DNA of 64,000 bases from Pseudomonadota bacterium (GCA_043825735.1 JBDRRP010000022.1:1-64000), one strand, 5' to 3'. Positions 1 through 9,505 are shown, counted from the first letter of the stretch. Made by a program: numbers and translations. Notes: generated by a model from the sequence alone, not told the origin.

Positions 1-139
1 GCAGATAATACGCGGTGTTGGGAAAGCCCACCTTAGTGTCCGCATTGTGGGACGCCAAGGCCATCTGCAGCTTGCCTTCGACCTTGCTGACGATATTGTA
101 GCCGCCCTGAATGGCGGCAAATGCGACTAAACGAGACAT
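1..139 (-). CDS. acsB: Acetyl-CoA synthase (CODH/ACS beta subunit), 5' end only; runs off the window start
   Basis: Manual translation gives MSRLVAFAAIQGGYNIVSKVEGKLQMALASHNADTKVGFPNTAYYL; the FPNTAYYL motif is typical of AcsB. AGGAGG RBS upstream; directly downstream of cooS. Confidence 0.9.
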   Translation of the reverse strand, partial: MSRLVAFAAIQGGYNIVSKVEGKLQMALASHNADTKVGFPNTAYYL

Positions 140-305
140 GCGTGTTCCTCCTTCGTTGAGGATATCTTTTTTGAGGTTCCGGCCAATGGACCGCGGGTGT
201 TACTGAACCGGCACAGGTACACCCGTTTTCGATGAAGGACGGGGTGTCCCTGATTTTTACACGCCGACGCGGGTGTCACGTAGGCGCGGGCCGGGCACCA
301 GACAA

Positions 306-2330
306 TTAGGCCTGTAGCTTCTGACGATCCGCCATGTCCATAAGCACGCGATCACGCGCCTTGTCGATCCCCAGCGCTTTTCGCTTGGCATCGATGTGGG
401 CGATCATCTTGTGGGCGTGCTTGATCGGGTCGGCTTCAAAATCCCACATGCCGCCGTAGAGCTTTTCCATCTCCTTGAACAGATAGTCCTGGAACACCGG
501 CGCCCCGACCGTGGGGAAGTGGTAGCCAAAGACCGTATACACACCGGAGGTGACAAAGTACTGGCCGATGCTGATAGCCTTTTCGCTCATCCACTCGGGG
601 GCACTGCCCGCTGCAGGAATGTCGCTGATGTCTTTTCCCAGACCCCCGGCCTTGATGACTTCGGTGGCCGCCAGCAAAATCCGGCTGTTGTCCACACAGG
701 AGCCCAGGTGCAGCACCGGCGGAATACCCACCACCTCGCAGACCTCGGCCAGACCCGGGCCGCAGAAGACCTGGGCCGTATCCGGCGTCAAAAGCCCTTC
801 CATGGCGCAGGCGATGCCGTTGCAGCCCGTGGTGAGCACCAGCACGTCGTTTTTGATCAGCTCCTTGACGATGGTGATGTGCGCCTCGTTGTGACGGGTG
901 CGGGCGTTGTTGCAGCCCACCACACCGGCCAGACCGCGAATACGGCCGTTGATGATGTTGTCGTTCAGGGTGTAGTAGCTGCCCCTGAAGGTGCCCCCCA
1001 GGTGGTACTGGATCGACTCCACGCTGAAACCGGCGATCTGGGTGGCTTTCTGGGGCGGAATCATCACCTCTGTGCCCCGGTTCTGGAAGTTGTCGATGGC
1101 CATTTTCACGATACGATTGGCGTCTTCCATGGCATGGTGCTCATCGAATTCGATGTGCTCCACATTGGCCTGCTCCATGCGCGCGATGGGATGGGTGGTG
1201 ATCAGCTTGGTGTGAAAGCACTTGGCCACGTTGGCCAGATTCTGGAAGATGCACTGGATATCGACGATCATGGCATCGCAGGCGCCGGTGATGATGGCCA
1301 ATTCCTGCTGCAGGAACGTTCCCGCCGACGGGATGCCGTGGCGCTGAAGAATTTCGTTGGCCGTGCAGCAGATGCCGCCCAACTGGATCCCCTTGGCCCC
1401 TTTGGACTTGGCATAGTCCACCATCTCCTTGGTCTGAACCGCCGCTACGATCATTTCGGAAAGCACCGGTTCGTGCCCGTGTACGATAATGTTCACATGG
1501 TCTTCCTTCATGATGCCCAGGTTGGCTTCAGATTGAATGGGCGAAGGGGTGCCAAAGAGCACGTCCTGAAGATCGGTGGCGAGCATGCTCCCGCCCCAAC
1601 CGTCGGCCAGGGAGGCGCGGGCCCCTTGCTTGGCCAGGTTTTTGTAGTCCTGATCGACCCCCATGTGGGTGCGGTGCATGATCTCAACGATCTCCCTGTC
1701 GATGTTGCGCGGCAGCACGCCGGCTTTTTTCCATTTCTCGTAAAGCGGCGCCGGAGCCCGCTTCAGATAGAGTACTTCCCCTTCAGGCTTGCCCCACTCG
1801 TTAAGGGCTTTTTCCCCCACTTCCAGTGCGATTTCATCGATGTCGCGGTCCACTTCCTTACCGTCGACCTCAACGGTGGTGGCCACCCCCAGGTGGGGCG
1901 CGATGGCCAGCAGCTTTACCGTGTCCTTGATCTTGTAATCGTCGTTATCCTTGCGGGCAGCGGACATGAACACCTCGGCCACGCTGCGGCCGTGGTCTGA
2001 ATGGGCGGCCGCGCCGCCGGCAACCATCCGGATGAAGTTTCTGGCGGCAATGGTGTTGGCCGTGGCGCCGCACAGCCCCTTGCGGGTGTCCTCGCCTTCA
2101 ATGCCGCCTTTGGGCAAGGGCAGCCGGCACGGGCCCATTGCGCAGTTCTTGCAGCAAATCCCCTGCATGCCGATGGCGCAGGGTTTCATGGTCACGGCAC
2201 GGTCAAATACCGTGTCGATGCCCAGTTCCTGGGCACGTTTGATCATCTGCTGGGTGGCGATGTCGATGGAAGACGCCACCGGGTCTGCGACCGACGGTGC
2301 TTTTTTGGCAATTTTGGATTCTTCTGCCAT
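306..2330 (-). CDS. cooS: Anaerobic Ni-dependent CO dehydrogenase catalytic subunit (CooS/AcsA)
   Basis: CAIGMQGICCKNCAMGPC Fe-S motif; C-cluster ligand motifs HGHEP, GICCTANE, VVGCNN, TTGC and HLGSCVD; adjacent to acsB. Confidence 0.97.
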   Translation of the reverse strand: MAEESKIAKKAPSVADPVASSIDIATQQMIKRAQELGIDTVFDRAVTMKPCAIGMQGICCKNCAMGPCRLPLPKGGIEGEDTRKGLCGATANTIAARNFIRMVAGGAAAHSDHGRSVAEVFMSAARKDNDDYKIKDTVKLLAIAPHLGVATTVEVDGKEVDRDIDEIALEVGEKALNEWGKPEGEVLYLKRAPAPLYEKWKKAGVLPRNIDREIVEIMHRTHMGVDQDYKNLAKQGARASLADGWGGSMLATDLQDVLFGTPSPIQSEANLGIMKEDHVNIIVHGHEPVLSEMIVAAVQTKEMVDYAKSKGAKGIQLGGICCTANEILQRHGIPSAGTFLQQELAIITGACDAMIVDIQCIFQNLANVAKCFHTKLITTHPIARMEQANVEHIEFDEHHAMEDANRIVKMAIDNFQNRGTEVMIPPQKATQIAGFSVESIQYHLGGTFRGSYYTLNDNIINGRIRGLAGVVGCNNARTRHNEAHITIVKELIKNDVLVLTTGCNGIACAMEGLLTPDTAQVFCGPGLAEVCEVVGIPPVLHLGSCVDNSRILLAATEVIKAGGLGKDISDIPAAGSAPEWMSEKAISIGQYFVTSGVYTVFGYHFPTVGAPVFQDYLFKEMEKLYGGMWDFEADPIKHAHKMIAHIDAKRKALGIDKARDRVLMDMADRQKLQA

Positions 2331-2697
2331 GCTGTGTTCCTCCCGTTCTTCGCCTTCGGGCGAATGTTGTGGTGAAAGCGTTCATCGGTGCCGGATCCGA
2401 CCTTCCCGGCAAAAAGTATCCAATGGTTCTGCTGGTGCCTCAGGGTTCCGGATGGGCGCCTAAAAATTGCGATTAATAGTTGTTCCTGCCAAAGCCAGTG
2501 CGAATGGCGTGCAAGGCGCCCGCACTTTCAAACAAACATGGATGCCAATGATGGCAATTTTTGTACCATGACGCGGGTATCGGGCGTGGATAAGTATAAC
2601 CACCTTAAAATTTAATAAATAATAGTGTATGACGATGATGGAGAAGGGGGTTTGAAGCAGTTTGAAACTGGGTCGACTCGAAGACGGTTGTGCACCG

Positions 2698-2727
2698 TTG
2701 CAAATAATTAGTTGCAATAGTGCAACT
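2698..2727. promoter_or_regulatory. Overlapping near-perfect palindromes, candidate transcription-factor sites between divergent cooS and NYN genes
   Basis: TTGCAAATAATTAGTTGCAA (2698-2717) and AGTTGCAATAGTGCAACT (2710-2727), each with one mismatched pair, in an AT-rich intergenic region. Confidence 0.45.
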
Positions 2728-2865
2728 GAACCGGCCCTGCGGAATTTATCGAAATGCTTGTTTTTCGTACCGTCGGGGATGATTTCGGTATACAATCAAT
2801 CACGGTTCTACGCTCGGCTTGCCATAACGGTCCGAGGGGTGCCTCACCATGAAAGAGATGACACC

Positions 2866-3681
2866 ATGACACACTCTGCTGAAACGAAGGCAATGGCTCT
2901 GTTTTGCGATTTTGAAAACGTTGCACTGGGCGCAAAGGATGCCAAGTACGACAAGTTCGACATCAGCAAAGTGCTCGAACGGCTGCTTTTGAAGGGCAAT
3001 ATCGTGGTCAAGAAGGCGTATTGTGACTGGGCGCGCTACCAGGAATTTAAAGCCGTTATGCACGAGGCGAGTTTCGAGCTCATCGAGATTCCCCATGTGC
3101 GGCAGTCAGGAAAGAATTCAGCCGACATCCGACTGGTGGTGGACGCTTTGGACCTTTGCTACACCAAAGAACACGTGGACACCTTTGTCGTCATCAGCGG
3201 CGACTCTGATTTTTCTCCCCTGGTGAGCAAGCTCAGGGAAAACAACAAGATCGTCATCGGCGTCGGTGTCAAGAACAGCACGTCGGATCTGCTCATCGCC
3301 AACTGCGACGAGTTTATTTACTATGACGACCTGGTTCGCCAGAAACGCTCGAAGAGCCGTTCAAAACAGACGCCCCGAGCCAAATCGAAAAGCCCCAAGG
3401 CAAAAGCCGATCAGGTCGTGGAAGACAAAAAGCAGGAGGCCTGGGATCTCATCGTGGAGACTTACGAAGCCCTCATCGAAGAGCGCGGCGAAGAAGAAAA
3501 GATCTGGGGTTCCATGATCAAGCAGACCCTCAAACGGCGCAAGCCGGGGTTCAGCGAGTCGTATTACGGGTTCCGCTCTTTCGGCCAGCTCCTGGAAGAG
3601 GCCGGCGCCCAAGGTATCCTGCAACTGGAGCGTGACGAAAAATCCGGCGGCTTCATCATCAAGGGCTGCCATACCGCTTAG
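2866..3681 (+). CDS. NYN (LabA/DUF88, PIN-like) domain protein with C-terminal OST-HTH/LOTUS domain
   Basis: ALFCDFENV, GKNSADIRLVVDALD and ISGDSDFSPLV motifs; C-terminal PGFSESYYGFRSFGQLLE. Start placed at ATG 2866. Confidence 0.9.
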   Translation: MTHSAETKAMALFCDFENVALGAKDAKYDKFDISKVLERLLLKGNIVVKKAYCDWARYQEFKAVMHEASFELIEIPHVRQSGKNSADIRLVVDALDLCYTKEHVDTFVVISGDSDFSPLVSKLRENNKIVIGVGVKNSTSDLLIANCDEFIYYDDLVRQKRSKSRSKQTPRAKSKSPKAKADQVVEDKKQEAWDLIVETYEALIEERGEEEKIWGSMIKQTLKRRKPGFSESYYGFRSFGQLLEEAGAQGILQLERDEKSGGFIIKGCHTA

Positions 3682-3682
3682 C

Positions 3683-3841
3683 AGGGTTCGAGGGTTCGAG
3701 TGAAAAGCAACACGAAAAACACAGAATCTCGGCCTGCGGAGCAATTTAAAGCCACCGGTTTTGCCGGTGGCCGTTTACTCAACTGCCAACAGACTTGGGC
3801 CCGTATCACGCCCCTTGCCGTCACTTGAACCCTTGGCCCCT
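3683..3841. repeat. Inverted repeat of 8-bp-periodic units (AGGGTTCG) enclosing a GC-rich hairpin
   Basis: AGGGTTCGAGGGTTCGAGTGA (3683-3703) vs TCACTTGAACCCTTGGCCCCT (3821-3841), 17/21 complementary; internal hairpin GCCACCGG-TTTTG-CCGGTGGC (3751-3771). Confidence 0.7.
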
Positions 3842-4151
3842 GTCGCTGTTAAGCCGTATCGGCGCAATCCTTGGGCCCTGCCCTTAGAGCCGCTATCCCC
3901 AGAAACTTAAAAAGCGATCCTTTTCGGAGGCATTCGATCGCCAATTCAGGGGGATTGTTCGCTGATTGTTTCAAAATTACTTAAGGCGCCGTCATTACGA
4001 CCGATAATCATAGACAACGGCAGATGCAACTTTGGTCTCCCGCTCCAAAGATAAAAATCTATATGTTTTCAAGCCGTTGGGTTCGATGATGGTTTTAGAA
4101 TCTGTGGCCGGATCGTGGCCGGGTTCCAGCGGGCGTGCACTGGGAGTCACG

Positions 4152-5330
4152 ATGACATCGTTTGAAGACATTTTGTCGGCCAATAAAGGCCGGTTGCTGC
4201 CATTTTGGCGTGCCATTTTGAAAGTGATCAGCACGCCGGAGCACGGATACGAGGAGCAGCGAAAGCGGCTGCTGTATTTTTTCGTATCTGTTATGGCCAT
4301 CCCCACCCTTTCCGCGTTTGCCGCACTTCATTTCTATCAGCACGACTATGTCGAAGCCAGCATTGAAACGCTGGTGGTGATCAATCTGTTTTACAGTATA
4401 TTTTCACTCAGGGGGATGAACAGCGGCCGCGTGGTGTTCACCGTCACCGTGGCCGGCGTGAGCCTGCTGTTTGTGTTTCTGTTGTTCCAGGGCGGCGACC
4501 ACGGCTCAAAGATGCTGTGGATGTATATTTTCCCGCTGGTGGCCTTTTTTTTGCTGGGCAGAAAAGGGGGGTTCCACTGGACGCTTGGATTGTTCGCAGT
4601 TTTTTGCGCGGTCCTGTTTATTCCACAGTCGTTGATTTCGGTTTATCCCTACCCGGCGGCGGTGAAAATCCGGTTCCTGGTGACCTTTGTGTTCGTGAGC
4701 ACCATGGCAATGATATTTGAAAGTGTCCGCCAGCATTTCCAGCTGGGCATGGAATGCAAACACGTCGATCTTGTCCGGGAAAAGCAAAAACTGGCAGAGG
4801 CCAACCGCCAGATCCGAAATATTTCCATCAAGGATCCCCTGACCGGTGCCTTCAACCGGCTGTACCTCGACGAGCGTCTGCCGATAGAACTCAAGCGGGG
4901 GCGGCGCTACGGGCACGCCCTCACGGTGATTCTCTGCGACCTGGATCATTTCAAAGCCATCAACGATAGCTACGGGCATCAGGCGGGCGACAAGGTCTTA
5001 CAGCAAACGGTGAGCACCATTGTCGGGGGCCTTCGCTCCGGCATCGACTGGGTTGCCCGCTACGGTGGTGAGGAATTTGTCGTCGTGCTGCCGGAAACCG
5101 GCGCGGCGGCCGGAAAGGCGGTGGCCGAACGCCTGCGGCAACGCATCGCAGAGACGCCGGTGCAGATTCAGGAGACTGCCGTCGTCGTGACCGCCAGTTT
5201 CGGCGTTTCGGCTCTGGAATCGGCGGCCGATGAAACCGATGTGCTTTCCGAGGCCCTGCTTCGCATTGCTGACCAGCACCTGTATATGGCCAAACAGGAT
5301 GGCCGCAACTGTGTCCGGGCGCTTTTATAG
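4152..5330 (+). CDS. Membrane-bound diguanylate cyclase (GGDEF domain)
   Basis: About 6 hydrophobic N-terminal segments; DPLTGAFNR, DLDHFKAIND and ARYGGEEF motifs. Start set at ATG 4152 after GGAG. Confidence 0.92.
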   Translation: MTSFEDILSANKGRLLPFWRAILKVISTPEHGYEEQRKRLLYFFVSVMAIPTLSAFAALHFYQHDYVEASIETLVVINLFYSIFSLRGMNSGRVVFTVTVAGVSLLFVFLLFQGGDHGSKMLWMYIFPLVAFFLLGRKGGFHWTLGLFAVFCAVLFIPQSLISVYPYPAAVKIRFLVTFVFVSTMAMIFESVRQHFQLGMECKHVDLVREKQKLAEANRQIRNISIKDPLTGAFNRLYLDERLPIELKRGRRYGHALTVILCDLDHFKAINDSYGHQAGDKVLQQTVSTIVGGLRSGIDWVARYGGEEFVVVLPETGAAAGKAVAERLRQRIAETPVQIQETAVVVTASFGVSALESAADETDVLSEALLRIADQHLYMAKQDGRNCVRALL

Positions 5331-5354
5331 TGTCCATCCATGGGGAGCCTCTTG

Positions 5355-5394
5355 CCCCCTCTCCCTTGATGGGAAAGGGCTGGGGTGAGGGTGA
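5355..5394. repeat. REP-like CCCTCTCCC hairpin element between convergent genes
   Basis: CCCCCTCTCCC-TTGAT-GGGAAAGGG-CTGGGGTGAGGGTGA. Confidence 0.55.
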
Positions 5395-5420
5395 CAACTC
5401 ACCGAGAACAAGAGATCATC

Positions 5421-6575
5421 TTATACCGACCCGCCTTTTCCCCCGTCCCCTCCCGCCAGTACTCGGGTAAACGCTCCGACGGGCCGTCGAGGGCTCACTG
5501 GATCCGGGTAGCGGTCTACGTATCCCACCCGAAGGATGAACTGGGGGACCATGCCGGGGCCGTGCATGCGGGTGATCTCATCGCGCCACCGGGGCTCTTC
5601 GAGCAGCTGGGTCATGGGGTGGACGGCAATGGATCGCTCCCGGGCCAGCAGGGCCATGCGCTGAAACCGGCGGCCGGCGTCGATGATGTCGCCCACGGTG
5701 TTTCCCGGACTGGTGATGATCAGCCAGCCGCCTCCCTGGGAAACCTGCTCGGCGGTCTTATCCACACCGGCGGTGCGAAACGCATCGCCGGTCACATCCT
5801 CCGGCGTCATGAAAAAGCGCATATATATGCCGGCGACGCCGCCGACTTCCATTCCTGCCGGCGTGAGGCCGTCGCCGTGCTCGGCAATGGATGCCGGGGT
5901 GAACCGCACCCACCGGGCCAGCTCCTTTTGGGCATCGTCACGGCGGCTCTGGTGGCGAAAGGCTTCGACGGTGCCTTCAGCGATACACGTCGCATGCTTG
6001 CCGCTCCGTGGAAAATAGTGAAGGCCGCCCCCGCAGGCTGCAGTGAGGGGTGCCACATCCTCGTCGCGGATCTCTCGGGGAAGCTGCCCGCTTTTGAGCG
6101 TTCGCCGCTGCCGGATGCGTTCCAGAGGGGTGGCGGCGGCCGCGGCTTTCCGGAAGGTCACCGTGGCCAGCCCGGGGTCCAGGGGATGGGTGCCCGTGAT
6201 GGCGACCGTGGCCTGTTGACCGCCGGCAGCGGCGGCAATGGCAAGGGTTTCCAGAAAAGCGCCGACCGAGAGCAACGACTCCCTGCCGTCCGGATCCACC
6301 GCCGGCAGCATCCGCCCCGGATCAATCCGCACGATCCACCGGGCATCGCTTTCCATTTCAACCTGCCAGGGCTGGCTGTTGTGGCCGCTGGGCGCCATGG
6401 CGGCATGGTGCAGCGCGCCGTGCATCCACGGTGCAGGCAGTCCTGTTGCCTGAGCCGGCGCAGCCGCTTGTCTCACGTTGCGGCTGCTGCAGCCGGACAG
6501 CAGCGGGTCGGCAATGAGGCATGCGGCCCCGGTTTTCGCAATTCCGGCAAGAAACTGTCGACGAGTGCTTTTCAT
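5421..6575 (-). CDS. Tat-exported nitroreductase / Acg-like FMN-binding protein, possible lipoprotein
   Basis: MKSTRRQFL twin-arginine signal and LLSGC lipobox-like motif; APSGHNSQPW nitroreductase motif; C-terminal PQFILRVGY..VSPRRPV. Confidence 0.85.
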   Translation of the reverse strand: MKSTRRQFLAGIAKTGAACLIADPLLSGCSSRNVRQAAAPAQATGLPAPWMHGALHHAAMAPSGHNSQPWQVEMESDARWIVRIDPGRMLPAVDPDGRESLLSVGAFLETLAIAAAAGGQQATVAITGTHPLDPGLATVTFRKAAAAATPLERIRQRRTLKSGQLPREIRDEDVAPLTAACGGGLHYFPRSGKHATCIAEGTVEAFRHQSRRDDAQKELARWVRFTPASIAEHGDGLTPAGMEVGGVAGIYMRFFMTPEDVTGDAFRTAGVDKTAEQVSQGGGWLIITSPGNTVGDIIDAGRRFQRMALLARERSIAVHPMTQLLEEPRWRDEITRMHGPGMVPQFILRVGYVDRYPDPVSPRRPVGAFTRVLAGGDGGKGGSV

Positions 6576-6641
6576 TGGGTCTTCTCCTGTCGTGAGATTC
6601 AATCGGTGGGGGATGATGGCCGAAGCGAAATGGTCAAGCGT

Positions 6642-6657
6642 GTCACTAATGGGTGAC
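6642..6657. promoter_or_regulatory. Candidate TetR operator (GTCAC-N6-GTGAC) upstream of the nitroreductase gene
   Basis: GTCACTAATGGGTGAC, matching the two sites at 7335-7372. Confidence 0.65.
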
Positions 6658-6680
6658 ATTTTAGGCAAAAAAATTTCGGA

Positions 6681-7313
6681 TCAGGGCGGAGACAGAATAA
6701 GCCCGCGGGACACCTGTTCCAGGGTATTCATCAACCGGTCCCAGCCGCCCTCCGAGGCCAGATCGATACCGCTGAACCAGCGGGTGTGTCGCGAGCGGGT
6801 CACAAGATAGTTCACGGTGGCCCCCACGATGGCGGCCAGGGCCTGGGTGTCTACTCCGGGCGGTGATTCGGGCACCGCCTTCCGGAAAAAGGCGAGAAAG
6901 CTCTGCTCCCGGATTTCCTCCAGCATGACGGTGAGCTCATTACGCTCCACCATCTCCCAGGCCATGATTTCCTGGGTCACCGGGCGACTTGAAATGGCTT
7001 CGAGGTAGTTGCGCGCCAGCCGCGCCAGCCGGTCGGGCAGTGGCAGCGCCAGGAAAGCGGCCATGTCGCCACCGGCCAGTTCCTGGGGGCCGGGCCAGAA
7101 ATCGCTTTCCTGCCCAAAGGCCTTGATAAGCCCCGGCAGACCGCCGAAATATCGATATATCAGAACCTTGTCGACGCCAGCCGCCCGGGCGACGGCATTG
7201 ACGCCGACACCGCGAAACCCTTTTCTAGCCAGCAGCCGGCCCACGGCCCGGATCAGTTTTTGGCGGGTGGCCTCGCTGTCACGGGGTATGGGGAGTGTGT
7301 CATTGGCGTTCAT
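6681..7313 (-). CDS. TetR/AcrR family transcriptional regulator
   Basis: RDSEATRQKLIRAVGRLLARKGF..GVNAVARAAGVDKVLIYRYFGG helix-turn-helix; start ATG 7313 with GAGGA RBS. Confidence 0.92.
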   Translation of the reverse strand: MNANDTLPIPRDSEATRQKLIRAVGRLLARKGFRGVGVNAVARAAGVDKVLIYRYFGGLPGLIKAFGQESDFWPGPQELAGGDMAAFLALPLPDRLARLARNYLEAISSRPVTQEIMAWEMVERNELTVMLEEIREQSFLAFFRKAVPESPPGVDTQALAAIVGATVNYLVTRSRHTRWFSGIDLASEGGWDRLMNTLEQVSRGLILSPP

Positions 7314-7334
7314 ATCCGTGTCCTCTCTTCTAAA

Positions 7335-7372
7335 GTCACCGCGCGGTGACCTTATTGTCACCATTCGGTGAC
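7335..7372. promoter_or_regulatory. Tandem candidate TetR operators (GTCACC-N4-GGTGAC x2)
   Basis: GTCACCGCGCGGTGAC (7335-7350, perfect palindrome) and GTCACCATTCGGTGAC (7357-7372) between divergent tetR and EamA genes. Confidence 0.7.
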
Positions 7373-7470
7373 TGCTGTCAACAGAAAAATGGGTATTTCG
7401 GTTGAATGCGACTGAAGGGTGGTATAGAGAGTCGATCTGTTGTGCACGGACTGCCCGGAACGGATTCATT

Positions 7471-8355
7471 ATGGCGCACCAAGACGCGGTTGCACGGGCG
7501 AGGGTCATCGGTTTGCTGGGGGCACTGGCCGTGTTTGCATCCGCCTTCTGCTTTTACATGTCCACCACCATCGTCCGGTGGTCCCAGGCCCGGACAGCCA
7601 TCGATCCCGCATTCTTTGTGTTTGCCCGGTTCCTGCTGGGGTTCGTTGTGGTCTGCGCCGTTCAGGCCGCCGGCAAAGGCCGGGTGCGCCCTAAGAATCT
7701 GCACCTGCTCATTGGACGCGCCATCGCCAATACCGTAGCGGTCTACTGTTTTTACAAATCGGTGGCACTGACCTCGGTGGCCGAGGCCAATATTCTCAAC
7801 ATGACCTACCCCTTGTTCATCGCCCTGTTTTCATGGTTTTTTTTGCGGGATCAGCGGGACAGGGTGGCCACCATCGCGGTGGCGGTAGCCTTTGGCGGTG
7901 TCTGGCTCATCCTGTCGCCCAACCAGGTGGGCGTCAATCTGAACAACCTCTGGGGGCTCGCCTCGGGCATTTCCGCGGCGGCGGCCATTATCTACCTCAA
8001 TCTGAGCCGGCGGCAGCACGACACCCATACCATCCTGGTGTTCATGTTCGGCATCGGCGGATTGGCCGTACTGATTTTGTTTCACGACCGATTCTTTATC
8101 CCCGATACCCTGGAACTGTCGTATCTGGCCGCCTGTTCGGCCTTTGGCATCGGGGGGCAGTACCTGCTAACAGTCGGATTCCGTTACGTTTCCGCCGTGG
8201 AAGGATCGGTGATCTCTTCCACCCGTATCCTGCTGGCGGCACTCTGCGGACCCTTCCTGGTCGGCGAACCGGCCCTCGGGCTGGCCGGTTGGCTCGGTGC
8301 CATGCTGCTGTTCACCGCTAACATCGTTCTGGCATATCGGAAGGTGCGGTATTGA
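7471..8355 (+). CDS. DMT/EamA family transporter
   Basis: About 10 transmembrane segments in two repeats; FARFLLG and TYPLFIALFSWFFL motifs. Confidence 0.88.
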   Translation: MAHQDAVARARVIGLLGALAVFASAFCFYMSTTIVRWSQARTAIDPAFFVFARFLLGFVVVCAVQAAGKGRVRPKNLHLLIGRAIANTVAVYCFYKSVALTSVAEANILNMTYPLFIALFSWFFLRDQRDRVATIAVAVAFGGVWLILSPNQVGVNLNNLWGLASGISAAAAIIYLNLSRRQHDTHTILVFMFGIGGLAVLILFHDRFFIPDTLELSYLAACSAFGIGGQYLLTVGFRYVSAVEGSVISSTRILLAALCGPFLVGEPALGLAGWLGAMLLFTANIVLAYRKVRY

Positions 8356-8390
8356 ACGTGAGGCGGCAGAAGGGGTTTTCTGTATTGATT

Positions 8391-8489
8391 AAAGGGACGA
8401 AAAGGACCAAAGGGACCTAAAGGATCAGCGCCCATGACCGATCTCTTTGTGCGAGGGGATGTGTTTTTGCCCTACTTTAGGTCCTTTTG
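8391..8489. repeat. 9-bp-periodic AAAGGGACC array with a degenerate inverted arm
   Basis: AAAGGGACG AAAAGGACC AAAGGGACC TAAAGGATC (8391-8426); reverse arm CTTTAGGTCCTTTTG (8475-8489). Confidence 0.6.
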
Positions 8490-8519
8490 CCAAGGTGCCT
8501 GCAATTTCATAACTGCCGA

Positions 8520-8547
8520 TTGACATTGCCGCCGGCGCCCTTAAAAT
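8520..8547 (+). promoter_or_regulatory. Sigma70-type promoter for the EEP gene
   Basis: TTGACA-N16-TAAAAT, about 40 nt before ATG 8589. Confidence 0.55.
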
Positions 8548-8588
8548 GAATACTGATTGCCATACCGAAACGGATCGACGCCTTCACT

Positions 8589-9341
8589 ATGCGCTTCATG
8601 CTCTATAACATACGCTACGCCGCCGGCATCGGGAAACAGTTTCATTGGCCGGTTCCCTACAGCGGCTATTTTAAGTCCACCCACCGCAAACTTCAGGAAA
8701 TCGGTAACTATATCCAAACGATCCACCCGGACGTGGTGGGTCTTGTGGAAGTGGACAACGGCTCCTTTCGCGCCGGCAGGCAGTGCCAGGCCGGGGCCAT
8801 CGCTCACCAGCTCGACCACGACCACGTGTTCAAGAACAAGTACCGCGTCGGTTCGGTCATCAGCAAAATGCCCCTCACCGTCAATCAGGGTAACGCCTTT
8901 CTGACCAATCGTGAGATCCGCAATACGCGCTTTCACTACCTAAACAACGGCGTTAAGCGGTTGGTGATCGAGTTGGAGCTCGCGGACGTGACCATGTTTC
9001 TGGTCCATCTCTCGGTGAAAAGCTGGAGTCGCCAGAAGCAGCTCAAGGATCTGAGCGCCATCGTCAATACCTCATCCAAGCCGGCCATCGTCGCCGGAGA
9101 TTTCAACGTATTCGGCGGCGTGCGCGAGCTGAAGGATTTCATGGCCGCCACCGGTCTTTCCAACGCCAACGGCGCAGGGTTGGCTTCTCACCCCAGCCGC
9201 GCGCCCAAACGGCACCTGGATCACATCCTGCACAGCCCCCAGATCCGGGTTGATTCATTCTACGCGCCACTAGTGACCTTCTCCGATCATCTTCCCCTGG
9301 TCTGCGATTTTACCGTCGAACCTCGTAATCTGCTGAAATAA
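8589..9341 (+). CDS. Endonuclease/exonuclease/phosphatase (EEP) family protein
   Basis: YNI, DVVGLVEVD, IVAGDFN, LDHI and SDHLP motifs. Confidence 0.9.
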   Translation: MRFMLYNIRYAAGIGKQFHWPVPYSGYFKSTHRKLQEIGNYIQTIHPDVVGLVEVDNGSFRAGRQCQAGAIAHQLDHDHVFKNKYRVGSVISKMPLTVNQGNAFLTNREIRNTRFHYLNNGVKRLVIELELADVTMFLVHLSVKSWSRQKQLKDLSAIVNTSSKPAIVAGDFNVFGGVRELKDFMAATGLSNANGAGLASHPSRAPKRHLDHILHSPQIRVDSFYAPLVTFSDHLPLVCDFTVEPRNLLK

Positions 9342-9505
9342 CGGTACTTTCTCAGCGTGTCCGGTAGTCGCATGGGTGGCCGGAGGTGTTTTTCGCCACT
9401 TTCGCCCGCTTTCAGTTTTCGCTTCTCGATGAAGCGCCAGTCCCGACTTAACGGCCACGGCAATAGCCCCCTCTTTTTTTATACCCCATTGTTGTAAAAG
9501 TTTTT

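Noticed and set aside
396..2000. 534-aa plus-strand ORF and similar long antisense ORFs (e.g. 5385-6656, 31208-33196, 56884-57984)
   Set aside because: Shadow ORFs opposite well-supported genes in GC-rich DNA, with no recognisable motifs.
2480..2520. Sigma54 promoter upstream of cooS
   Set aside because: Candidates lack either the -24 GG or a correctly spaced -12 GC.
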